Source of the DNA: Adineta vaga
Taxonomy: Eukaryota > Animalia > Rotifera
Direction of reading: 5' to 3'
NCBI GenBank assembly: GCA_021613535.1
Contig: CP075493.1
Coordinates: 186,001 to 250,000, forward strand
Length of the DNA stretch: 64,000 bases
Positions within the stretch are counted from its first letter, which is position 1. Each line of letters starts with the position of its first letter. The notes below the pieces were generated by a model. It made no database searches and had not been told where the DNA came from. It saw only the letters and a list, made by a program, of their open reading frames with translations. This document shows, in pieces, positions 51,501 through 64,000 of this stretch. The position numbers and the translations under genes are program-made.

Positions 51501-54500
51501 TATTTATATAGCATAGGTCTTATAAAACAATCATGTTATAAGGAAAAATGTATAGATCGACTTATACTACATCAGAAATGTAATAGTGCACAATCTTATA
51601 ATCATCATCAGTTGAGACTACTCTTTAGCGCTGTTTTCTATTAATCATTGCGATCTTGGACAGTGAATATCAAACATTTCATGTCTAAATGAAAAAAACT
51701 TTTTCGAAAAAATATATGCTATTGCCAATCCCCTTCGTTATCGATTTATGTAAGTTTTCATATTACCGATGTGCTTCGGTTTTATTAAGATTCATATATT
51801 TCAACTGACCCCCTAAAAACCTGTACAGAATAACTTGTCAATGATATGAAACGCAAAATGATCTTTTCACAGAACAATACTTTCAGTGAATTAGATACGA
51901 ACTTTTATCCAAACTTCGTGTCTCTGTACAACCATCTAAGTCAGGAAGAAGCTGTTGCTAAAACTGTAAGAAATCTATTGTATCCAAGAACCTACCATAT
52001 CTCAGTCTATATATTCACAGTCGGATCTTCCTAGCTCTTCAATGATTTAAAATAGCCACAGGAAACCGAACTAACATACATATTATTAAGTTACGAGAAC
52101 AAGAAAAATCTATTTTTCAACCGATTACGAGAGATTCTCATTGTCAGATATAAAAAACATCAAAACTAATTCAAAATATAATCTGCAAAGCAGCAAGTAC
52201 TACCAGTCTCAAAATTTCAGAATATTTTCAAATCATTTTCCGGTCAGTTCTGGGTATACCTCAGAGGCGGGCAACCCGAAACGAGTCAAGTCAATTCTGA
52301 CTCGACTTCACTGGGAAATTTCCGTGCAGGCCAAGTCACAAGTCGCATATCAATCATAAATATAATTACGTGCTTTATGCATCTCATACTTATGCAATTA
52401 CTACTGACTATCCATATCTGGACGAAAATGAAGAAAAAAATTCGAACAGACACACAAACGTTAACGAAAGAAAGATATATAGCAGGTTTTCAACTAAATT
52501 ATCTCAAATGAAGTCAAAAACGTTTCTATCGAGGTATTAAATTCCTCTAATTTGCGAAACGCTTTGACTTCCCCATCCCTCGTGTACATGAAGCTCAACT
52601 AAAAAATAAGTCGTGAGAAACTAGCGAGTTCAAAATATATCATGTCAGCTTACAATCACCACCTTTTCTGTCATATAAAACTTACTGAAACTATCTCAAA
52701 ATACGGTGCTAAAAATACTTCAGACTTACAGTAGTACACAGCCAGAGAATACATCCGAAATATCATTTTACATTCTTTAGATAACCCTGCACTCTTTGGG
52801 AATCGCCCCCATCAACTGATGAATACATTTCTGTAACTGAGAAAACGCTGCATACACGACTGAAAGATCCATCTTGATGTATCATATGAATCATTTCTAT
52901 ATGCTAGTACGCACATCACTTTGAGAAATGAGAGAAGTTAGGAGTAAGTTAGCATTGATGAGTTGTGCATAGAAACCTTATGTATGTGCATAAAGTTGAA
53001 GGTGGTTACAGCTAATTAGGACTAGAAATGAAGCATTCTCAACCGAGATGATATACAGTTGTTTCAGCATTAAAAACACATTTGAAATTGTATATATGTT
53101 AGTATTCATCTGTGCTATGAAAAATGTCACATAAATCAACGAGATCATAAGCCTATAATAACAATGCATGATAATGGCTCTCTTTGTAATGAAAACTTTA
53201 TAATTCTCCCGACGTTTTATCTTATTTTTTCATATAAAAAAAGATGCAGTTTTTCACGGCCTATCTTTTGATTTAAAAAGATTTTTAAGCAGGAACTATC
53301 TTGATAGACTTTCATCGCAAAAACACGTAAATTTTTCCTCCGAAAAAAAACACATTTTTTTAGCGAGAAATCATTGCAAAATGGTCTTTAATATTGTTTT
53401 ATGAACTTATTAAGTGCACATTCGAAGTGTTGATGAGCTAAATCAACGCACAAAAGTTTGGTGGCAATTTGTTTATACTTTGAAAACTTATGTAAACTTC
53501 TTTCGTAAACGGTCGATTGGACAAATTAACCGATTCGGTTGTGTACTTAGTTTTTTGGGTACAGAAAAAACTATAATCCTCTTAGTGTGTGTCTTCGTTG
53601 TACTCAGATAAAAGAGTACTTCTGTAGTACACTAAATGTTCATAGTATCCATGAAACGTACCGGATCCATATCGATAAAGCCAAGAATTCTCACTAAATG
53701 ATTTGATCCTTCATAACTCTGTTTATCACCAACTTATTGCTAAGATTGGTCCAATTCTTGTCGATTATTAGTGATTTCAATCTTTTCTGACTGAAGATTG
53801 ATATTCGGCGACTTGTAGAGAATATCTCAAGAGGATGCTCTCAGAGTATCCATACTGTAATAATTTTGCCTCACATAGTAGGGCACTAGATTAAAAAAAT
53901 GAACAGTAGTGGATTTTCTTTTTTGTCCATCGTGATGAATCAGTGAAAAACGTCACATGCTTATATTTGTCGTTATTCTGTATTCTATCTTTATAATTCT
54001 TTTCTCTTTCGAAAGGGTATATAAGTGACTGTTTTGTGTGAGAACGATGTAATATGCGGTATGAAAAAATTAAGAGATGCGTAGCTGCATCAGCGCTAGA
54101 GCCTCTTCTCTCAAAAATCGTTACATCCCTTTTATCGCTGAGATCGATCATTCGACAGATTTGAACAGTTAATATAGTTTAATATTGCCATTTGACAGCA
54201 TCAAACTGTTAACTACTAAGTGACTACCGTTTTGTTGCTTGAAAAAGCTTCGGTATTTTCATAGCATTCATTCAAAACCTTAAAAAAGTCGAAAAATCAC
54301 TGTCTTTACAGTTTGTAAAAAGTATTTTAGAACGTGTAAAAAGATCTGTATGATACGAAAACTATTTAAAACAAGTTGATTACGTCATGTAAGAGTGTTG
54401 TATGTTGCAAATAAACTTTGTTTGGAGGATCGAGACTTTTCTATATAAACGAATCTGATCCGAGATATTTATACAAATAAAGTTTCATATCCACACTATA

Positions 54501-57500
54501 CATTATAATTGTATGATACACTAGAAAAACAAATTGTAGGATAATTAACGGATAAAGTGTTTTACGAGTTTATAAAATATAATATACCCTTTTCCGAGCT
54601 TATTTGACAAAGGTATAAACTATTTTTCATTTATGAGACACTTCAAAAACGGAAAAAGGGTTTATTAAACGTTGTAAATTCATTTCTTGCACAAAAACTT
54701 AATACAACGCATGTTTCTAGTAGGAAACATAACACATTGAGATTTCTACGAATAATCAGGTAACGACTGGAGAGACGTTAAAAGATTGTTAATATCATCT
54801 TGGGAAAAGTGTACTCGTTTTCGATTATAATTAAAGTACTATGCTCGAACAATAAAAGGGCCGATATATGATACTTACAATAAACTCTGCCAGCATCAAC
54901 ATCAATTAATGGATTGTCGTTGGCAGAATTCATTTCAATTTCAAGTATACGCGCAATATCATGCAGTGTTTCAACCATTGGGCCAAGAAATTGTGGACAG
55001 CAACGCATTGAATATCGATCTTGAATTAATGCGTCTACGCTTCGCTTTGTTAATTTACCATCCAGAGCATCATAAATCAACTTTGAACCATCAATTAAGT
55101 CGAGTAAAGCGGTTGCTATGTCAATCTGTAATAGTAGTAAATACATAACAAAATACAGTAAAACCTTTCTATAGTGGACACTCTCGGGACAATTCAAAGT
55201 GTCCAGTGTAAAGAGGTGTCTATTATATAGAGGTGAGGTATTTTATAGAACAGCTCTTTCAGACACATAGTAAATATGTTTTGTAAATACCTAAGGGTTC
55301 CTAGTGAACACTACAAGATACTACTGTGTATTGTTAGTTGTTCTTACATGCATATTTGCTCTCGATAACTTCATAGTTGTCAAAAATCTAGTCGAATTTC
55401 TCTTATGAGCACCAATACACTTTTCAAAAATCTTCATCGTATATAATTATATTCAAATATCCACTATAGGGAGGTCCATTTGCTGCAAAAACTAACATCT
55501 GGTACTTTCAAAACTGTCCACTATACAGGAGTGTCCACTATGAGAGGTTCTACTGTATATTAATAGGCCTTCCGCGCACTTCAACAAAGTTTATGAACGC
55601 GAGCAGATAAACTCTTACGAGGGAACCTTTCCAACTGGCCAATCGCTTTTTAAATAAAAGTCACTGGGATAGAGGTTATCGACCATACTGATTTCGAATA
55701 TTTGTACGAGAATTCTCTTAAGCCTTCTGTCCGAACTTATATGTATTTTGCCGAAAATTTAGTCTGGGACATGGTATATATTGAAAATCGAAAGACGATA
55801 TTTTGAGCTGACATTTTGCCCAGAGATAGGGCTATATACAAATAGGAAGCCCTGAAATTTTCAGCTCAAAAGAATGTTTCTTTCTCACGCTATTGCACTT
55901 CAAAAAAAACGCTTGTATATTCTTTAAGCAATGGTAGACACTTTGAAGTTTTGACAGTGCAATAGCTTGAGAAAGAAACATTCTTTTGAGCTGAAAATTT
56001 CAGGGCTTCCTATTTGTATATAGCCCTATCTCTGGGCAAAATGTCAGCTCAAAATATCGTCTTTCGATTTTCAATATATACCATGTCCCAGACTAAATTT
56101 TCGGCAAAATACATATAAGTTCGGACAGAAGGCTTAAGAGAATTCTCGTACAAATATTCGAAATCAGTATGGTCGATAACCTCTATCCCAGTGACTTTTA
56201 TTTAAAAAGCGATTGGACAGTTGGAAAGGTTCCCTCGTTAGTCACATGTTTGAAGTTCAAATTCTCTGGTGTTTGATATTTTCAGTCTATATTATTTTTT
56301 TTTCAAATCTTTTTAAGATCCTATTCAAAATCTTTTACTTAAAAAGACGAATTTATATAGAATATTTCAAAAAACAGAACCGTTAATTTAATAAATTGCT
56401 ATTATGAGAAATGAATTACCACTCACAGTTTTTTGCCACGGATCATTGCCCGCGTGAAAGACCTAAGGTTGGGGAATAGGAAAGTGTAAATAAGTATTTC
56501 GAAATTTTTCATATATTGGGATGGAATGATGGAAAAGGTAAGATTATACATCCATATGACTACTTTCACAATCCCTGCTCCAGGCAGCATTCATCGACCT
56601 AACCCCTCCGCCCGCGCAACTAAAGACCTCAGGCCTTCTATAGTAGAGTACTTGACGAGCTTACTGATACTAAGAAAGATTTTCTTTCAACTGTTTTCAT
56701 TTGTACAAAAGAATGAAAAATATAAACGTAACGCTGAGTCATTTTCATAACGTTGTGACACAGTTTTTGGTTAATAATTTTCAGATCCTTAAGATATTTA
56801 GCATAATATGATATTCTGAAGTGTTAGCCTTCTCGGTATTTGTAAAATTTCTATCCAAGAATGGGATCGATATATTCACGTGAAAACCTGTACTATGAGC
56901 AGCATGTCACGAAATTTACAGAAGTCCAGGAAGTGCCTTTGACCACAAAAACTAAAACCAAATAGTTCATTTTGTGGAGAATGAAATTCTGCATCGAGTG
57001 GTATGTCAAGCAACATGTTTTGGAGATTTCATCTCATAAAAACATCCAAAATACGATTTTCGAAAAGTTTTAGAATCTAATTTCTTAAATAAAGAATTCA
57101 CTTTTCCAAAAAAATAAATGTCAAATTTGTGATCAATATTAAAAACTGTAGCTAGAATGATGTTTAGGAATGTTGTTATCGACATACAAAGTTTCAAAAC
57201 TTCATCAGCGAAGTATCACTTTACGTGGATATACCGTCTACAGAAATTAAATGGGTTTCACGGGAAGTGGGGGAGGTAGCTATTCATTTGGATACACCAC
57301 AAGAAAATTTTCGAGGGCTTTGATAAAGAAACCTTTTCTTTTACGTGTAATCATACCCTCAAAAACAAGGAATAAATCGACGCTAACAACTTTCAAAAAA
57401 ATTATGGTTGAAACACGACTATCCACGCCAACGAAAGTGACGCGAAACTCTAATTAAGTTGGCGAATATGAGAAGCACTCAAATTGTTCAAGAGATGAAT

Positions 57501-60010
57501 ATATTTCAAATATGTTCCTTCCTCAACTAAAGTTAAAATCAGAACCAATCAAAATACATTAATTTAAAGACAAAATTCGAGGTACTAGATATAATCAATA
57601 TGTTACGTTCTTACTCGTACACACGAAATTCTATTTAATCTCACGTTTTGGCAAGATTTAAGACAGCATGACGAAATAAACAGCTAAAAATTGTTCAGAC
57701 TCAAAGCGCGTGGTATCAGAGTACGAAAGCACAATCCATGGTAGTTTATGACTAAATACGAGAATGTATTCTACATTTTTAGACTATCACAGGAGAGATA
57801 GTAGACAAGATAATAGTTTCAATTGCTAATCATATAACGGCAAGTTTCGCGGAACCGTACAACTTAAAATTGTACTTGCGCAGTCTTCATCTGGAAGTTG
57901 CGCACTCTCATTCATAATTAAACGTAAACAGGCTTATCCAACCATCATTTGTTCTTAATATAACATAATAGCTCATGCAATTATTCTCTACGGTGTTCAG
58001 TGTGATTTGAATTCTGATTCTAAGATATATGTTGTTTAATTGGACAAACAAGGTTTCATTTACAAATCTGACGAATTCTTACAATTTGTTCAATAAAAAT
58101 GATTAACACGTTCAACACAATGGGACCCACCGGTGAGTCCCACTATATTGTACAGTGGTTTGTCGACTATGAAAACAAAAAGATTTTCGGAGACTTTTAT
58201 TGTTTATCAGACTTTATAAAGCTCTTTTGCCGATAATTTTAATAAAAAAATTTAAATCTGATAAATAAATGGCGATGCTACAGTGGAAATATGAAAATCT
58301 TTTTTTTATTAAAATGATCGGCAAAGAGAGCTCTACAAAGTCTAAAAGACGAAAAATTCCCGAAGAACCCATTTTTGCTCTTTCGGGTCGACTGCCCATG
58401 AAAATACTCAGTCGTATGTCTGAAAAGTTTGGAACTTTTGATAATTCTTGAGCTCATACTGTGAAAAAAAAGGTTCTGTAGAAGAACAAAAGCTTCTATT
58501 TGAGTCAAAAGTTCCCAAAAAACGAACATCAAATTAGACAAAACCTTTTCTGGTTCTGAATTTTACCAGCTGGTCGAGCCCTCTTATACAGAACCTTTTC
58601 TTAAGTTTCGGAGAGCAAAAAAGGGTTTCGTAGGAGAATACTAAAAGCTTCGAGGGTTCAGATTTAATTCTACAGAACCATAATGGTTTATTTCGAAATC
58701 CTGATGGTTCCGTACTAAACCCTGACAGTTCAGATACTTTACTACAAAGCCCTTTTTTGCTCTGCGGAACTTACGAAAAGGTTCTGTAGAAGAAAGTTCG
58801 GCCCGCTGGTAAAATTCAGAACCATAAAAGGTTCTGTCTAATTTGATGTTTGTTTCTTTGGAACTTTTGACTCAAATAGAAGCTTTTGATCTTCTACAGA
58901 ACCTTTTTTGTGGGTTCGGGAAAGCTCATTTATTTTTTTCAGAGTAGTTGTTCCATGAATTGGTAGTTATACTCCTGAATCCCGTTTTCAACGAGGTTTC
59001 GTCTGACATAAAATTCAATGTTGATATCATTTGTATTTGGAGGTGTACTCTCTAGAGAAATATTATTTGCTACCTTGTAGAATCAAATCGTGCTGAACGT
59101 GTTAATGCACAGATATATTTATTATGCCTTAAAGTTAAAAATTACTATATTCTTTGCTTTTATTTACCTGTCCTGAGTGGCCTTTGATCCTGTGTAAAAA
59201 TGGGTGAAATGGCTGGTTACTGGAACCTAATGCTTGAAGAACCATCGCATGAATGTGAAGAATAGCAGCCATCAACGTATATAGATCATAGCATGCAAGT
59301 GAAGCAGAAGCCGTCATCATACTAGTGCCGTTTAGCAGAGCCAAACCTTCTTTTGGATTAAACCGTTTTGTTTCGTATCCAAGTCTGTGTAGTGCTTCAG
59401 GTGCGTTAATCGTTTCACCACGAAAATCGACATAGAGTGTTTCATCTTGTCCAGCAATAGCAGAGGCAATATATGACAGCGGAACAAGATCACCCGATGC
59501 TCCTATTGACCCAAATTCAGGAACTAACGGTGTAACTCCTTCACATACAAATCGTATTAGTCGTTCGTCCCACAGTCGACGAATGCCAGAAGCTCCAATT
59601 AGATGAGCATTGGCGCGTAAAACCATGGCTGCTCGGATAGACTCTAACGACATATTGGCACCACTGCCCGTCTTGTGAGCACGAACTAAGTTGTTTTGTA
59701 GTTCTTCAGCATATTCTCCGCAGACGAGTCGATTGGCAAGGCCGCCGAATAAACTTGTGACTCCATACAGAGGCTGCGAAGCAGTGACGATATCGTGAAT
59801 GATGCTAACTGATTGTTCCATTCGATGACATATATTCACATCATTTGATAATTCAACCTCGTGATAATGACGAGCAATCAGAACTAAATTTTCCAATGTG
59901 AGATTTTTGCCATTAATTACGATTGATTTCGATTTTTCTTCTTCATCATTTTTGCATACCATTATAGCATTAGTGTACCCATTGTGTACAGAAGAATCTG
60001 TATTATTCAT
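48518..60010 (-). CDS. MIO-dependent aromatic amino-acid ammonia-lyase/aminomutase (cyanobacterial PAL-like), 3 exons, about 588 aa
   Basis: Exons 60010-59168, 55125-54879 and 49194-48518 (phases 0 and 1). MIO motif GSIGASGDLVPLSY; LYGVT; PKEGLALLNGT; QDRYSMRC; NSANDNPLID; GGNFLGEY; SNGLP; THAEQYNQNINS. Confidence 0.94.
49839..53430. mobile_element. 3.6-kb non-coding element with about 600-bp terminal inverted repeats in lyase intron 2
   Basis: 49839-50445 is the reverse complement of about 52826-53430; no recognisable ORF in the interior; no clear TSD. Confidence 0.85.
55156..55555. mobile_element. pogo/Tigger-type MITE
   Basis: TA|CAGTAAAACCTTTCTATAGTGGACAC ... GTGTCCACTATGAGAGGTTCTACTG|TA. 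Confidence 0.8.
55617..56238. mobile_element. Mariner-type foldback MITE, about 285-bp arms
   Basis: ACGAGGGAACCTTTCC ... GGAAAGGTTCCCTCGT. Confidence 0.88.
58107..59101. mobile_element. piggyBac-type MITE with a nested foldback (about 58457-58946)
   Basis: TTAA|CACGTTCAACAC ... GTGCTGAACGTG|TTAA. Confidence 0.8.
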
Positions 60011-60536
60011 ATTTGAATATGTAGACGTTAATAATATACTATGTTAAAATAAATTACCGAAGACTGATAATACTTAGAGCAATCTAAAAGTGATATCGTA
60101 TAGGTTTCATTTACTACCAGTAAATAAACAAATATTATCTTTTTTGTATGAATAGACGGAGCTTCTTTCGCTCTTTCGTTCTATGCTATTTGATCGCCAT
60201 TCAATTAACTCCATAGTAAAAACGTCGATGAAAACTATTTTGATCGATACCTGACTAGCTGTTTCAGATTATTAAGAGGTGTAAATTTTGTATTCTATCT
60301 TGTTTTTATTTTACATGTCGTATTGAAAAATTCAAATATGCCTCAGGATGTTCAGTGAAAAGCTCTACTACTTACAAGCAACTGCTAATTTGATAGCCGC
60401 ACTTTTTTCTTTTAAATAAACAAAATTTCAGCGACCAAGTTTCCATGTTGCAAATAGGCATGTGACAGTTCCATCTCAGTTCATGGAACTGGGTCTGTTA
60501 CGACAGTTCCTTTTCATTTGAACTGTAACTGTTGAC

Positions 60537-60768
60537 TAGTTTGTATCATCTGAACTGAACTGCTGACCAGTTCGTATCATCTGAGCTGAACTGCTGACCA
60601 GTTCGTATCATCTGAACTGAACTGTTGAGCAGTTCGTATCATCTGAACTGAACTGTTGAGCAGTTCGTATCATCTGAACTGAACTGCTGACCAGTTCGTA
60701 TCATCTGAACTGAACTGTTGAGCAGTCTGTATCATCTGAACTGAATTGTTGCCCACTTCGTTTCATTT
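60537..60768 (+). repeat. 31-bp tandem repeat, about 7.5 copies (hAT subterminal)
   Basis: Unit CAGTTCGTATCATCTGAACTGAACTG(C/T)TGA(C/G), head-to-tail with no spacers. Confidence 0.92.
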
Positions 60769-61319
60769 ACGAATGCTTTCTCAGAAGTCGAAAACACGTA
60801 AATACTGGATTAAATCAGCATTATCATTACTTGCTTTTTGAGAACAAATTAGTATAATTAACTGATTTTTTTAGAGATGGTAATCTATATTTGCTACGGT
60901 TAGGAAAGCACTGTTAAATGTCTACCATAAGTATATCTATACATTAGTGAAAGTATATGTGGCGAGAATACCTTCTTTTTTATAAAGTATAAACGTTTTG
61001 TATAATCTGATCTATAAGAGTAATTTATATATATATATATAGATATATATATAAAGATTATAAAGAATACCTCTCGTAGCGACTTATTATCATTAGCAAT
61101 AAAGTCTTGTTTTTCTATTACATAAACAATGCTAGCCAAAAACTAAACTGCGTCATTTATCTTCCTTGACTTCGTATTTATAAAACCAGTTCTTTATTTT
61201 CAAGATGAAAAAATAAAAAAATCATATATAAAAAAATGTTTTAAAAACAAATAGCAACAGAACAAATATACTCCTATCATTTCTGTTTGATATGTTACTT
61301 TTTAACGCGTTTAAAGAGT

Positions 61320-64000
61320 TCAAATCTTGTCCTTTAAAAACATTGTATACTTAACATTTTTTGAAGAAAGAGCAAGTCGATTCTTTCGAAGAATATAATT
61401 GGATATTGAGAAGGCCGACTCACTAGGTACACTGCTTGAACAAATAGGTAAATATTTGCGAGCAAGTTTTGCCAGCTTTGGAAGTGAACTGCTATATTCT
61501 TGCCAGAACGAATTGAATTGATAATCATCCTTCGGAATTGAAGATAATTTAGCGAGTTCTTGTTCGATAGTTAGTAGTTTTTTCTCATTGGATACAATGA
61601 TACCAGATTCCATACCACATTTATTTAAAAAATTGTTGATAGTCAATGCACCTTTTGACAAACTAGAACGAGATGGTGTCTTTGCAGTTACATCTGAAGA
61701 AGTTGGAGCAGCATTTGTTGCTGTTGTATAAGAGATAGACGTTGACATCAACGACGTTTTTGAACGAGATTTTTCTTTGACCTAAATATAAATATGTATA
61801 TTACTCGTTTAATCGTGACATAAGGTATGTAAAAAGAAGCCTTCAGATGCAACCCAAAATGACTGCTTCGATCTTTTACACTTAGCTTTTTCATTCGATA
61901 AATTTCCATTTTGACTCGTTTCTATCGACACATGTGTATTTTTATATTTGTTCTTTGCCTTACTTCCTTATTTTTTTTATAAAAATCGAAATCATTCGGG
62001 GAAACATAACAAATGTGCAAATCTGAAGAATATTTACTGTTGTCACTCGCGAACATATAGTTTCTCAACTTATTTAATAATATGTCAAACAAAGAACTAA
62101 TTGCTTCTGATTACAATTCGAACCTTTCTTTTAATAAAAGATGCTGTAACTATTACCTCTTTGATGATGAACGATTCGGCAGCATGTTTATCTTCAAGGG
62201 TGAGCAGATCATATGTAAGAGGATCAAGTAATGCAGCTACTTTAATAAATTCCATTTGTTTGCCATCACGAATCATGTATTGATTGTATGAACTGAGAAG
62301 CAGATCTTTGATTTCATTTTCGAGTGGATCGACTGATCGATCGTTCAAATAATATGCTAAACTAATTACGATTGCATAAGATAAAGATAATGTCGGGTAG
62401 TTTTGACCCGATAAAACTTTCGTTGCTCCGTCGAATCTGTCTAGAACACAACTAAGAGCTTTAATTAAATCCCAATCATCTTGAGTTAACCTTGAATTGA
62501 AAAGTTTTTTTTGTTGTCGATCAGTAACACCATCTAAGAATTGAAGTTGTTTATATAAATTTTCGAGAACAGGTTGATATAACAAAATTCGTTCCAGCAT
62601 TTTGTATGTTGAGTTCCACCGAACTCGCATGTCAATGATAACACCGGCTTTGATTAACTGATCAGTGGCAAGAGTATGAACAAATTCGGAAAGAATACTT
62701 GATTTTCGAATGGTGACAACAGTTGTTCTGCATTTTTCCATTACCGTAGTAATATCGTTCATCATACTGGATGATAAAGAATCGTCTATAGAATCGTCGT
62801 CGTTCGTGGAAGATGATACTGAAGAATCATCATCCTGTTCAAGCTGATCGTCTTCGTCTTCCTCGCCACCTTCACTGGTTGATCCGCTTGATTCTTCATT
62901 TCGATCAGTTGTCACGTCGTCGTCCGAAGTATCATCCTCCGACGACTCCTTTGATTCACTGTGAGAAAATAAAAAATATGACAAATTTTCTTTCAAAATT
63001 GACGAATAAAACTTACGTGCTCTTAATCAAATTACCACCTTCCTCTATGGATGATTTTTTCTTTGGCCAAAGATGTAAACCTTTATGAATTGATAAATTC
63101 AACGCATGTGCCATGCAGTGAAAACGAACACCAAATGAACGAAATTCATTTGCCGCTGCCTTCACATTTGATCCATTATCTGTTGTCGACGCGACGATTT
63201 TTTCCATGAGATTATAATCCGTTAGAATTCGTTTCATGTGCACGCGAAGACGATGTGATAGATGACGTCCTTTGAATTGACGAAAACTAAGGACTTTTCC
63301 TTTCAAATTGAAATTCGAATCGAGCCAATGACCTGTCATACAAAAGTAATGATGGCATCGTTTGCTTCGCCATAAATCAACCGTGATTGATAAATTAGAT
63401 ACTTCAGCTAATTCATTCTTGAAATCGTTTTGCTTTTCGAAGTATAATTTCGATAACTTTCGTTGAACTGTTCGGCTTGATGGACCGGTGTAACCAGGAA
63501 CAACAATCGACAAGAATTTCATCATACCAGGACGTTTGAAATCACCCCAAGATCGAGAATCAGAAATTATGCAATCGAAGGCAGCGTTATCAAACAAACG
63601 CTTCTTTTCTCCAGAAACTCTACAACGTTGTGTATGATGAGACTTCGAAGCTAAATGCATTTTACCATGGCGTAATGCAAGATGTCGTCGAATGTTACTG
63701 TTGGTATCCACTGCACAACGGACAATCTTAAAAAAATTGAAAAAAAGATTAACAGATTTTTTTTCTTCGATCATGCGTAATAAAAGTGATTTCTGTAGTG
63801 ATTATTTTGAATAGATCGATCTTTTTAATCTCATGTAATCTTCGTGCGAAGGCTATCTACCAAAATATAACGAACACTTACTTTACTGCATAGTTTACAT
63901 TGATACTCATTTGGTGATAATTTCGATGCATAATCATGGACTGCTGATACTTTACGAGGAGCCTTTTGTACATTTGTTCGACGCGTTGTTTGCTCATCAT
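61320..64000 (-). CDS. hAT transposase, apparently intact, 5' partial
   Basis: Exons >64000-63882, 63726-63017, 62958-62157 and 61781-61320 are in frame. BED finger CKLC...HLALRH, TVDLW, TTDNGSN, CMAH, RWNST, SESAFS. Confidence 0.9.

Larger units (their letters stand above)
60455..64000 (-). mobile_element. hAT transposon, running past the window edge
   Basis: Putative terminus TAGGCATGTGACAG at 60455, subterminal tandem repeats, and a spliced transposase. Confidence 0.88.

Noticed and set aside
50100-53169. Two identical 63-aa ORFs on opposite strands
   Set aside because: They lie within the 600-bp inverted repeats and are chance ORFs.
4173-60010. Bacterial contaminant contig
   Set aside because: The genes have phase-consistent spliceosomal introns filled with eukaryotic TEs.
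60537-60768. CRISPR-like 31-bp repeats
   Set aside because: Head-to-tail with no spacers, no cas genes, and located at a hAT end.
45051-64000. Composite hAT transposon carrying the lyase gene
   Set aside because: The two hATs have different termini and dissimilar transposases, and the left one has its own complete TSD pair.

Overview
AT-rich, intron-containing eukaryotic DNA. The combination of 57-58 nt minimal introns, intron-bearing bacterial-type genes and an animal-type TE complement suggests a bdelloid rotifer (inference, not proven). Three multi-exon enzyme genes can be rebuilt by hand with phase-consistent GT-AG junctions. (1) A minus-strand NRPS, A-T-C, with at least 7 exons from 31392 to 4173 and a 17.5-kb intron. 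(2) A divergently transcribed long-chain acyl-CoA synthetase, 35449-43109, about 698 aa. (3) A minus-strand MIO aromatic amino-acid ammonia-lyase of cyanobacterial PAL type, 60010-48518, about 588 aa. An ABCB/P-glycoprotein remnant lies between the last two. Together they look like a secondary-metabolite gene cluster in an animal genome. The lyase has an unusual Ala-His selectivity pair, and the NRPS A domain lacks the Asp that binds alpha-amino groups, which fits loading of a deaminated aryl-acrylic acid. The rest of the window is transposon-derived: two decayed RTE LINEs, two mariners, two hATs (one apparently intact), a Helitron, and many MITEs and foldback palindromes, several showing patchy arm homogenisation.
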